A DNA stretch of 26,889 nucleotides from a virus (Duplodnaviria > Caudoviricetes), in the IMG/VR virus record IMGVR_UViG_3300026206_000005, positions 1-26,889 of that record. One strand, 5' to 3'. Positions 1 through 7,605 of this stretch are shown here, piece after piece; position 1 is the first letter of the stretch, and each line of letters begins with the position of its first letter. Below the pieces are notes generated by a model that had not been told where the DNA came from, searched no databases, and worked only from the letters and a program-made list of their open reading frames with translations. The position numbers were made by a program, and so were the translations under genes.

Positions 1-26
1 CCAGCTGCTTATGGTTAAATAATGAT

Positions 27-55
27 TATTTCTTTTTTAAACGACAAGGTATAAT
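27..55 (+). promoter_or_regulatory. Putative sigma70-type promoter
   Basis: Perfect TATAAT at 50-55 in an AT-rich stretch upstream of the first ORFs; the -35 is poor (TATTTC at 27-32). Confidence 0.4.
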
Positions 56-61
56 AAACAA

Positions 62-244
62 TTGGAATCAAAACTTAAAAAATTCATGACGGTTGACCAG
101 CAAAATCAATTACGTGGTCTTCCAACGTATCATTCGATATGTTTTACTAAATTTGGTATATCTCGCCCTGGAAAAACAGCTAAAGATTTAGCTATGGCTG
201 CAATACGGGCAAAAGAGAAAGAAGAAAACAAAAGTAATGATTAA
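62..244 (+). CDS. Hypothetical small basic protein
   Basis: 60-aa ORF with TTG start (alternative ATG at 86), no clear RBS and no recognisable motif. Confidence 0.45.
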   Translation: MESKLKKFMTVDQQNQLRGLPTYHSICFTKFGISRPGKTAKDLAMAAIRAKEKEENKSND

Positions 245-297
245 TTGTGGCACCGTGGTTAATTATTGCTTACCTGGAACGGTGCAAGGGAGAAATT

Positions 298-636
298 ATG
301 TCTAGATCAGAACGAACATTGATTGGTAACTACGCTACAAGACGTTTAGTAGCAAAGGATGTAAAAGTGTCTAAGAAAAAAACGATGATGAAAGAGGCCA
401 GAAGTAAAGGCAAAACATACATCTTCAGAGGTCGTGGATCAAGAATTGGTGCAGCTATCGAAGCTATGGCTGACGGATCTTGGAGAGATGCTTTCAATCC
501 AGATAACCCCATAACCAAGAAAACAAGGCTTACCCTGCGTGAGTACGATAACGCATACAATGCCATATACAGGAAGTATTGTCAAGATCTTCCTCTTCGT
601 TATTCAGACCGGATGTCTGTATATTTAAAGGTTTAA
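298..636 (+). CDS. Hypothetical basic phage protein
   Basis: In frame with track ORF 247..636. ATG at 298 is preceded by a strong RBS (AAGGGAG). K/R-rich with an RGRGSR motif; followed directly by a terminator. Confidence 0.75.
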   Translation: MSRSERTLIGNYATRRLVAKDVKVSKKKTMMKEARSKGKTYIFRGRGSRIGAAIEAMADGSWRDAFNPDNPITKKTRLTLREYDNAYNAIYRKYCQDLPLRYSDRMSVYLKV

Positions 637-642
637 TCAGGG

Positions 643-677
643 AGGGTGCTGGTGAAAGCTGGCACCCTTTTTTATTT
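643..677 (+). terminator. Rho-independent terminator
   Basis: Stem AGGGTGCTGGT / GCTGGCACCCT (with G-U pairs) closing a GAAA tetraloop, followed by TTTTTATTT, just after the stop at 636. Confidence 0.85.
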
Positions 678-687
678 GGAATTAATA

Positions 688-1191
688 ATGAACGTGGTTA
701 AACTACTAAAAAGAATGAATGAGCAATCAGATCCACCTTGTAAGACATGCCCATATTTTGAACATTGCGAAGAAACAGAACAATGCTGTGATTTGTTTGT
801 TAATTATGTGGAATTCGGGGTTACATGCGATATAGGATGGTTTGATAACGATCCTAGAAAGCCTTATCTGTTTACGTGTGTCCCTAAAAGGGGGATATCC
901 ATTAAAGAAATAAGTAAAGCATGCGACATGACAACAACCAAAGTACAAACCATGCTATCTTTTTGTAAAAAATATAAATTAGCTTTTGAAACCACTGGTT
1001 TCTACATGACGAAAGATATAGAAAATGAAATTAAAAACATTAGCTCAAGATCAGTTAAACTTCGAAATGCTAAGATTACACTTTGCAAGATATTGTTGGA
1101 GAAGGATGAACAAGTTAACCCCAAGCGGACGAGTAACTTGGTCAAAGAGGTTCGAAGAAATGTTCAGTATGTCGCTAAGGGAGTTTGCTAA
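688..1191 (+). CDS. Cys-rich protein with possible HTH (putative metal-binding regulator)
   Basis: The track start at 646 lies inside the terminator, so ATG 688 is preferred. Contains CxxCx5Cx5CC (PPCKTCPYFEHCEETEQCC) and an HTH-like segment (ISIKEISKACDMTTTKVQTML). Confidence 0.65.
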   Translation: MNVVKLLKRMNEQSDPPCKTCPYFEHCEETEQCCDLFVNYVEFGVTCDIGWFDNDPRKPYLFTCVPKRGISIKEISKACDMTTTKVQTMLSFCKKYKLAFETTGFYMTKDIENEIKNISSRSVKLRNAKITLCKILLEKDEQVNPKRTSNLVKEVRRNVQYVAKGVC

Positions 1192-1267
1192 AAAACAGGC
1201 CAATAAGGATGTCAAAAAAGATAAAAGAAAAACTAAAACAGTTAGAGGAGAAAGAAAAGGAACCTAA
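1025..1267 (+). CDS. Hypothetical protein
   Basis: 80-aa ORF with a protein-like aromatic core (RYCWRR...TPSGRVTWSKRFEEMF); overlaps the upstream ORF by 167 nt. Confidence 0.55.
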   Translation: MKLKTLAQDQLNFEMLRLHFARYCWRRMNKLTPSGRVTWSKRFEEMFSMSLREFAKKQANKDVKKDKRKTKTVRGERKGT

Positions 1268-1308
1268 ATTTAAACACTCAGAAGAAGAGGAATTCTTTTG
1301 GGGCAACT

Positions 1309-2190
1309 ATGAAGAGGGATGGCCATATCCAGATGACGAAAAAACATTCGAGCATGAATGAAGTTTATTCAAATGTTATTACAGACTTAAGATGTGACGG
1401 GAACCTGGTAGATTCTTATCAGAACGGGTCATGTATAGGTGAAGTAATAGAACTGCTTAACTATCAGGTAACACTTACTGATCCAACCAAGCTGGGCATT
1501 GTTCATCCAAAACGCAAGTGGAAGGAGAACTATGCATTAGCAGAGTTTCTTTTTTATATAGGAGCTAACAGAAAGATAGGTAACATGTACAAGAAGGCTG
1601 CTATCTGGGAAGTTATAGCAGACGAATGGGATGAGGTTGAAAGCAATTACGGAACCTACATATTCAATTCAAACTGGTTAAGAACTGTTGAAGAGTTGAT
1701 GGTTAACCCTGGTAGTAGACGGGCTGTAATACCAATATTAAATGAAAAGCATCTCAGAAAGAACGAAAAGGATTACCCATGTACTGGATACATACAGTTT
1801 CAGATACGAGAATCTAAGTTGTACTTAACGTGGAACATGAGATCTTGTGATGCCATATTTGGTTTGTGCAATGATATGTTCTGTGCTTCAATGATACAAC
1901 AGATGATGCTAAATGAATTACGCTTAGAAGAGCATTATGTAACACTTGGAGACTTAACGTTTAACCTTGGGTCACTGCATATATACAAGAGACACTGGGA
2001 TTTACTATTTGAAGATGTAAGCGATTGGAAGAACTATTCTTTCAAGGGCTTTACGTTGAAACCAAACTGTATTCCAGATGCTGAGTTCAAGAGACGATTT
2101 GGTGTTTATCCAGAAGATGATGTCAAGGAGATAGACGCTAAAATTACAGATTTTTGTACTACTAAAATGAGGGGTGGCGACTTTGGATAA
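1309..2190 (+). CDS. Thymidylate synthase-fold enzyme of the dCMP hydroxymethylase (T4 gp42-like) type
   Basis: Motifs VESNYG, SRRAVI, DYPCT (catalytic Cys, codon 1780-1782), NMRSCDAIFGLCND and GSLHIYKRH. Asp (codon 1873-1875) sits at the position where dUMP-specific ThyA has Asn. The start may be ATG 1333. Confidence 0.85.
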   Translation: MKRDGHIQMTKKHSSMNEVYSNVITDLRCDGNLVDSYQNGSCIGEVIELLNYQVTLTDPTKLGIVHPKRKWKENYALAEFLFYIGANRKIGNMYKKAAIWEVIADEWDEVESNYGTYIFNSNWLRTVEELMVNPGSRRAVIPILNEKHLRKNEKDYPCTGYIQFQIRESKLYLTWNMRSCDAIFGLCNDMFCASMIQQMMLNELRLEEHYVTLGDLTFNLGSLHIYKRHWDLLFEDVSDWKNYSFKGFTLKPNCIPDAEFKRRFGVYPEDDVKEIDAKITDFCTTKMRGGDFG

Positions 2191-2521
2191 AGAAGATTAT
2201 ACAAAACCGATACTAGATATCGCTAAGGCAATAGTAGTAGATAGAGCTACTAACCATAACAACTATGGAGAGTTTAGCGAGAGTATGGGAAGAGCTAGAC
2301 TAATTTATATAGGTATGACTGGAAAAGAGATGCTTATAGAGGATATGTACAAGGCGTTGATTGCATTAAAGCTTGCAAGAGAGAGTTTTGTACATAAACG
2401 AGATAATCTTGTAGATACCTGTGGGTATATACAGGGCCTAGAGGACTATTACAATGGAACAAAAAGAGAAGTCGACGGACCAATTGATGAACTACCAAAT
2501 CAAGCTGAACACATCAAGTAA
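2174..2521 (+). CDS. DUF6378-like all-helical protein (possible nucleotide pyrophosphatase)
   Basis: The pattern R...YG.F...LKLAR...HKRDNLVDTCGY is typical of this phage family. RBS GAGGG overlaps the upstream gene end. Function is inferred. Confidence 0.7.
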   Translation: MATLDKEDYTKPILDIAKAIVVDRATNHNNYGEFSESMGRARLIYIGMTGKEMLIEDMYKALIALKLARESFVHKRDNLVDTCGYIQGLEDYYNGTKREVDGPIDELPNQAEHIK

Positions 2522-2699
2522 ACCAGTTCTTCACTTTCTTTTAGCTGTTCTTTCGTTTGCTGAAAAAACGCTTAAAGATAACATGGAACTACAAGACGAA
2601 GATGGATATTCAATAACTGTAGAGGAGATAGAAGGTGAACATATTGAAATTTTCACGGGTGAGGAAGGTGATACCACCGAAAAGAGCGCACTCTCTTGA
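2487..2699 (+). CDS. Hypothetical acidic protein
   Basis: In frame with track ORF 2454..2699; fills the gap between the DUF6378-like and dUTPase genes. ATG 2487 minimises the overlap. Confidence 0.5.
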   Translation: MNYQIKLNTSSKPVLHFLLAVLSFAEKTLKDNMELQDEDGYSITVEEIEGEHIEIFTGEEGDTTEKSALS

Positions 2700-3114
2700 T
2701 GCTGGTATAGACTTCTTTGTACCGTCTGATTTTAGTGTAACCAAAGTTTCACCTGGCAATAGCATTAAGATACCAAGCGGTATCAAGGCAAACATACCAC
2801 AGGGTTATGCGTTAATTGCGTTTAACAAATCTGGTATATGCACAACATTAGGTTTGATAGCCGGTGCTTGCGTTATTGATTCAGGATATCAAGGCGAAAT
2901 ACACATTCATTTGATCAATGCCTCTAAACGAGAGGTGTGGATAACTGCTGATACTAAGATAATACAATTTTTATTGATTCCAGTATCTGGTGTAGAAACT
3001 GAAGAAACTAGTATAGAGGATTTATTTATTGAAGAATCAGAAAGAAGTGCAGGAGGTTTTGGAAGTACAGGAATGGGAGCACTCTGGCCTCGACAAGCTA
3101 GTGGCACCGGATAA
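2635..3114 (+). CDS. dut: Trimeric dUTPase family protein
   Basis: All five motifs are present: DAGID, NKSG (usually RSG), VIDSGYQGE, IIQ and RSAGGFGSTG. Confidence 0.92.
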   Translation: MNILKFSRVRKVIPPKRAHSLDAGIDFFVPSDFSVTKVSPGNSIKIPSGIKANIPQGYALIAFNKSGICTTLGLIAGACVIDSGYQGEIHIHLINASKREVWITADTKIIQFLLIPVSGVETEETSIEDLFIEESERSAGGFGSTGMGALWPRQASGTG

Positions 3115-3427
3115 AGACAAACTGCCTCCGTGGTGTATCATAGATGATGGCAAAATAATAACCGAGTTTAGATTTGGCAAACACTTTGATTTGTTTTATA
3201 AACATTACAAAGATTGCTTGATGATGCTCGAGTTTAAAAAGGGCAAGTGCCCAAATTGGATTATAACATACATTGCCGCGTTTGAATTAACAATAAGCGA
3301 TCAGGAACAACCATTATGGATCAAGAATATGATCTTTCCAAATTGCCAATCGAACATCGATACGGTATATTCCCCGCAACAATTATCGGCGATAGCCGTC
3401 TTAAGGCGGGACAGCTCAGATGCTTAA
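3101..3427 (+). CDS. Hypothetical protein
   Basis: In frame with track ORF 3029..3427; GTG 3101 is a plausible start. Fills the gap before the initiator but overlaps it by 112 nt. Confidence 0.4.
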   Translation: MAPDKDKLPPWCIIDDGKIITEFRFGKHFDLFYKHYKDCLMMLEFKKGKCPNWIITYIAAFELTISDQEQPLWIKNMIFPNCQSNIDTVYSPQQLSAIAVLRRDSSDA

Positions 3428-4014
3428 TGTCTGTCCTTGCATGGCGTAACCAAAGAACAACCAATACTAGACCAATACACCTAGAAGCTTTGCAACTCAT
3501 GATGCCTATGTATACCAAGGGCAGCATACAGAACTATATGCAAGACTTGAAGGCGTACGGCTACATAGATATAACAGCAAGAGCTGGCACAACATCGTTA
3601 TACACCATCTGCGATAAGGCTGATGCACACATACAATACACGCAAAACGTAGGCAGCAGCGTAGCTAGTCAGCAGGTAGAGAGCAACGCGTCTGACCAGC
3701 TAGTCAGCAGCGTAGCTGACGCAAAGAATATAAATAATAAAAAGAATAATACAAAGTCAGTGTTTATGAGTGTGTGGTCGGCTTATCCTGAACATAGACG
3801 CAACACAATCGCCCGTGATATGAAAACGTGGAGGGAATTTGGCGATGAAGCTATTGCTGACGTGATTGTAGAAGATTTAGAGCAGCGCAAAGAATCAGAA
3901 CAGTGGACTAACGATGATGGCAAATGGATTCCAGGTCTGAGAAAATATTTAGAAACAAGGGTTTGGGAGTCGCAACCATTAAAGAAGAAAGAAAAATTTT
4001 GGAGTGAATTTTAA
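3316..4014 (+). CDS. Phage replication initiator (lambda O / replisome organiser-like)
   Basis: N-terminal winged-helix-like region (…SIQNYMQDLKAYGYI), low-complexity linker ending KNINNKKNN, and C-terminal F..VW.AYP ... W..DDGKWIPG.RKYL...VWE. RBS AGGA; coupled to the helicase by a TAATG overlap. Confidence 0.8.
   Translation: MDQEYDLSKLPIEHRYGIFPATIIGDSRLKAGQLRCLMSVLAWRNQRTTNTRPIHLEALQLMMPMYTKGSIQNYMQDLKAYGYIDITARAGTTSLYTICDKADAHIQYTQNVGSSVASQQVESNASDQLVSSVADAKNINNKKNNTKSVFMSVWSAYPEHRRNTIARDMKTWREFGDEAIADVIVEDLEQRKESEQWTNDDGKWIPGLRKYLETRVWESQPLKKKEKFWSEF
3652..3752. repeat. Iteron-like repeats plus AT-rich tract (putative replication origin)
   Basis: CAGCAGCGTAGCT at 3654 and 3705; AGCTAGTCAGCAG at 3663 and 3698; palindrome GTCAGC-N6-GCTGAC at 3703-3720; A-rich tract at 3723-3752. 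Confidence 0.65.
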
Positions 4015-5009
4015 TGGTTGATTACAAAAGAGCAAGAGAAATAGCAACGCGTTTAGAGCTTGATGAAGAACAGATTAACAAGTATTCGGAAGGAATAGAG
4101 AAGTCGTTTGTTCAATCACCTTTAATATTCGTTGATGATGCATTAAAACACCTAAGAAATAAAGATAAAAAACCAGGCGGTAGACTGCCATGGGATATAG
4201 ATTTCAGAATACTACCTAATACATTAACTATATGGGCTGGAATGAATGGGCATGGTAAAAGCCTTATAGTGCAGCAGGTCATGCTTTACCTAATGACTGG
4301 TGATTATTCAACAAGAGATGAGAAAGTTTTGTTTTGGTCTCCAGAGTTAGCACCAATATACCAGCTCGAAAGGCTAGCAAGACAGATCACTGGAGATATA
4401 TATCCAAACCCAGAGGATGCTGAAGAGGCGTGGTGTTGGTTAAACGAGAAGATGTGGATATATACCAGGGAAATAGATTGTGGGGCTAAGCAGCTTATAG
4501 CTGCAGCAAGGTATGCACAAGAAGAGTTAGGTGTAACCCAGTTCGTTATAGATTCTTTAATGAAGGTTAATCTAGGTTCAGAACAAAGAAACATATATCT
4601 AGCTCAGAAGAACTTTGCAAACATATTGGCTAATGTCTGTAGAGATACAGGACTATGCATACATCTGGTAGCCCACGTTAGAAAACCAGATGATGAAACC
4701 AAGAGATGTAGTAAGTATGACATAAAGGGAGCTTCAGAGTTAACAGATCTTGTTGATGCAGGCTTCATGGTTCATAGAAATAAGACAGAAGAGAAATCAA
4801 GGGAAGGCGGTAATACACCTGCAGCTCCGCAAGCTGCATTAGAATGTTTTAAGAATAGGCATGGAGGTTTTGAACCAATGTGCGGTTTAGATTATGGCGA
4901 ACAAAGTATGAGATTTCACGACTATGGAAGAGAAGAACAAGATTTTTATGAAAAATATGTTGGAGAGAAAAGTACACCTTTTGACGGAGCTTTTAATGAG
5001 AACCAGTAA
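4014..5009 (+). CDS. SF4 (DnaB / T7 gp4 / Twinkle-like) replicative helicase, no primase domain
   Basis: Walker A GMNGHGKS, Walker B FVIDSL, LVAHVRKP, DIKGASELTDLVD and KNRHG. Confidence 0.88.
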   Translation: MVDYKRAREIATRLELDEEQINKYSEGIEKSFVQSPLIFVDDALKHLRNKDKKPGGRLPWDIDFRILPNTLTIWAGMNGHGKSLIVQQVMLYLMTGDYSTRDEKVLFWSPELAPIYQLERLARQITGDIYPNPEDAEEAWCWLNEKMWIYTREIDCGAKQLIAAARYAQEELGVTQFVIDSLMKVNLGSEQRNIYLAQKNFANILANVCRDTGLCIHLVAHVRKPDDETKRCSKYDIKGASELTDLVDAGFMVHRNKTEEKSREGGNTPAAPQAALECFKNRHGGFEPMCGLDYGEQSMRFHDYGREEQDFYEKYVGEKSTPFDGAFNENQ

Positions 5010-5298
5010 TTGGAAAAATGTAGAACGAGAAGCTGCAAAGCTTTTCGGTGGAACAAGAACCGGTTGCAATGGCGAAAGCAGAAGAGATGTGGAACATCCA
5101 ACATTGTCAATAGAAGTAAAACACAGAAAAGTACTTCCAGATTGGTTGCATTCAGCTATGGAACAGGCTATCAGAGAAGCAGAACATAGGAAACCAATAG
5201 TGTATTTACACGAACGATATATGAAATTTGAAGATGGTTATGTGGTCTTGCGAGCTAAGGATTTTAAAGATTTGTGCCCCGATATAATAAAGAAATAA
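4996..5298 (+). CDS. PD-(D/E)XK nuclease, probable Holliday junction resolvase
   Basis: ATG 4996 with RBS GGAG (in frame with track ORF 4924..5298). ERE.AK, RRDV...IEVK and P.V..H pattern. Confidence 0.75.
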   Translation: MRTSNWKNVEREAAKLFGGTRTGCNGESRRDVEHPTLSIEVKHRKVLPDWLHSAMEQAIREAEHRKPIVYLHERYMKFEDGYVVLRAKDFKDLCPDIIKK

Positions 5299-5300
5299 AT

Positions 5301-5343
5301 GATAAAATTAGGCTTTTATCTTAAATGCTAGGCATGATATAAT
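5301..5343 (+). promoter_or_regulatory. Extended -10 promoter with an inverted repeat over the -35 region
   Basis: TGaTATAAT at 5335-5343; inverted repeat GATAAAA-N6-TTTTATC at 5301-5320; RBS AGGAGA downstream. Confidence 0.65.
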
Positions 5344-5369
5344 TATTTTTTAACTCAGGAGAATAAAAA

Positions 5370-6227
5370 TTGGGAGAATACACTAATAAACACAACTATC
5401 CCGAATGGTTATGTAACGTACTGAAGTATAACCCATATACTTCTGGTCCAAAACGGTCAGATATCAGTACCACTCAACTAATCGACTCACCACAGGTATT
5501 ATCGTTAAGAAAAGCCAATAAAGATAATATCGTAGAAGATGTAAGCGACAGAACTTGGGCAGTATGGGGAAGCGCTGTTCATGCTATTTGTGAGTACGCA
5601 AACATGTCTAATTCTGACGTGTTGGTAGAGAAGCGGTTTCATAAAGATTACGGTTCACACTCAGTCAGCGGTCAAGTTGATGTATATGATATTAAAAATA
5701 ACATCATATACGATATTAAAACTGTAGGCGCATTTGCTCTTTCATATGGCATAAAACCAGCGTGGACTAACCAACTAAATGTTCTAGCAGACTTAATGAA
5801 GAGCGATGGTTGGAAAGTATCTGGATTAGCTATCGTAGCGTTCTCTAAGGACTTTAACGAGAAGAATGTTAAACCTGGTTCTACGTATCCAGAAGGCGCT
5901 TTAAAGGTTATACATGATATACCATACTGGCCTGCAAGCGAAACCAGGTGGTACATAGACAAAAGGTTGCAAAGGCACTTCTTTGATGAGCACATGTGCG
6001 ACAGAGAAGAGCGATGGCAAAGCGAACGCAAAGTCGCTGTAATGAAGAAGAAGAAGGTTAGAGCTGTAAAACTCTTTGATACAGAAGACGACGCAAACGA
6101 TTTCATCATAATACAAAAAGACCAGGAAGATCTTTATATAGAAGATAGACCTGGTTTTAACATGCGATGCAGCAAGTATTGCAATGTCAAAAGGTTTTGT
6201 CCACAATACACCAAGGAGCATAGATAA
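5370..6227 (+). CDS. Cas4-like / PD-(D/E)XK recombination exonuclease
   Basis: GSAVH, VEKR, SGQVD...YDIKT and QLNV motifs; C-terminal Cys cluster (MC...RCSKYCNVKRFC). TTG start with a strong RBS. Confidence 0.82.
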   Translation: MGEYTNKHNYPEWLCNVLKYNPYTSGPKRSDISTTQLIDSPQVLSLRKANKDNIVEDVSDRTWAVWGSAVHAICEYANMSNSDVLVEKRFHKDYGSHSVSGQVDVYDIKNNIIYDIKTVGAFALSYGIKPAWTNQLNVLADLMKSDGWKVSGLAIVAFSKDFNEKNVKPGSTYPEGALKVIHDIPYWPASETRWYIDKRLQRHFFDEHMCDREERWQSERKVAVMKKKKVRAVKLFDTEDDANDFIIIQKDQEDLYIEDRPGFNMRCSKYCNVKRFCPQYTKEHR

Positions 6228-6745
6228 TGGTTAAAGAGATAGTAAATGTATATCATGAAACAACAGAATTTACCTGTATGTTTCCTAATCTTGTAGAAAC
6301 TGAGAAGTTTCAAGAACAGGACACAGGTATGTATTCTATCACAATGTGCTTCGATAAAGGAGATGAAGGCGTAAAGGAAGCCTTAGATGAGAATATCGAA
6401 GAAGCCAAGAATAATGACGAGAAAGTAGCTAATGCTAAAGAACCGTACATACCTATTAAAGACGGGGATGAAATGGGTAAGGAATGGTCTGCTGGTCGTT
6501 GGGTATTGAAAGCTAAAACAAAGTTCAAACCAAAGATAGTAAGCAGAGTGGGAGGTGAGTTAAATCCAGAGTCTGTACACAATGGATCTATATGTCGAGC
6601 TCACATTGTATTCCGTCCGTTCATCGCTGGAACTAACAAAGGTGTTACCTGCTCCTTGAAAGATCTTCAGTTTATATCTGAAGGTGATGGCGTTGGTGGT
6701 GGAGTACCTACATTTTCCCCATTAGATGATGATGTGCCATTCTAG
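6227..6745 (+). CDS. Single-stranded DNA-binding protein (T7 gp2.5 / DUF2815-like)
   Basis: FP.L..., YSIT, PIKDGD, GS.CR and NKGVTCSL..LQF motifs; acidic-aromatic C-terminal tail DDDVPF. Confidence 0.85.
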   Translation: MVKEIVNVYHETTEFTCMFPNLVETEKFQEQDTGMYSITMCFDKGDEGVKEALDENIEEAKNNDEKVANAKEPYIPIKDGDEMGKEWSAGRWVLKAKTKFKPKIVSRVGGELNPESVHNGSICRAHIVFRPFIAGTNKGVTCSLKDLQFISEGDGVGGGVPTFSPLDDDVPF

Positions 6746-7605
6746 TGGCAAATGCTCACGGTCGCTCTATCGATAAGACTTTCTTATCGTTGGATAAAGC
6801 AGAAGAACGTGGGATTTTACATCGGGATTACATAGCCCATTGCTTAAGATGGAGCCATGTGGCTATGTATCTCCGACGTAAAAACCGTTATAAAAATGCT
6901 AATATCCTGGATATAGGACCAGGCAAAGAGATTCCTCTTGCAAGAACGCTATATGTAAACAGAACAACGCCCAAGACATACACCGCTGTTGATGTCTCAA
7001 AGCTTGAGATGCCGGCAATGTTTGAGAACGCTAATTGGAAACCTACCAATTTGATATCCAAAATGGATATTTGCGAATTGGATTTAATGACGCTTGACTC
7101 GGCTCCTAACATTATTGTTTGTTTTGAAGTGATTGAACATGTAGAGCCGGGTCATAGCAGAAGAATGCTAGAAAAGATGTACGATATGTTACGCTTTCAA
7201 GATAATGGGCCAGATTTTGATGATTCTGTTATATTTCTAAGCACTCCAAATTGGGATCCAAAGGTTGGTGCAGCAGGTAACCACGTAAACGAAATAAGAC
7301 ATCAAGCGTTAGGAGCCGTAATAGAAGATATTGGTTTTAATATCGAGGCCAGATACGGAACCTTCGCATCTCAAAGAGATATAAAACCACTCATGACCGA
7401 AGAAGAGTTATCGCTCATGGAGAAGATGAAAGAATATTACGACAGTAATTATGTTTCTACCATATTTGCTCCATTGTTTCCTGAAGTTTCTAGAAACTGT
7501 ATTTGGAGACTGTCAAGGAATCAACAAAAGAAGAAGTATCCATATCTGTATAATGTAGAAAAACCTTGGACTTCCTCAGATAAATGGAAAGATCTTAATG
7601 GATAG
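6745..7605 (+). CDS. Class I SAM-dependent methyltransferase, substrate unknown
   Basis: Motif I ILDIGPG, acidic AVDVS, IVCFEVIEHV and FLSTPN; N-terminal HRDYIAHCLRW. No DNA-MTase catalytic motif (NPPY, DPPY or PCQ). Confidence 0.85.
   Translation: MANAHGRSIDKTFLSLDKAEERGILHRDYIAHCLRWSHVAMYLRRKNRYKNANILDIGPGKEIPLARTLYVNRTTPKTYTAVDVSKLEMPAMFENANWKPTNLISKMDICELDLMTLDSAPNIIVCFEVIEHVEPGHSRRMLEKMYDMLRFQDNGPDFDDSVIFLSTPNWDPKVGAAGNHVNEIRHQALGAVIEDIGFNIEARYGTFASQRDIKPLMTEEELSLMEKMKEYYDSNYVSTIFAPLFPEVSRNCIWRLSRNQQKKKYPYLYNVEKPWTSSDKWKDLNG

Noticed and set aside
646-687. Track start codon GTG 646
   Set aside because: It lies within the terminator hairpin; ATG 688 is more plausible.
1309-2190. Annotation as ordinary thymidylate synthase thyA
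   Set aside because: It lacks the ThyA PFN Asn and has ND, SNYG and SLHIY.RH as in dCMP hydroxymethylases, so no gene symbol was assigned.
5370-6227. CRISPR-associated Cas4
   Set aside because: No array or other cas genes; its position between the resolvase and ssb fits a phage recombination exonuclease.
6745-7605. Restriction-modification DNA methyltransferase
   Set aside because: No NPPY, DPPY, SPPY or PCQ catalytic motif and no partner endonuclease.
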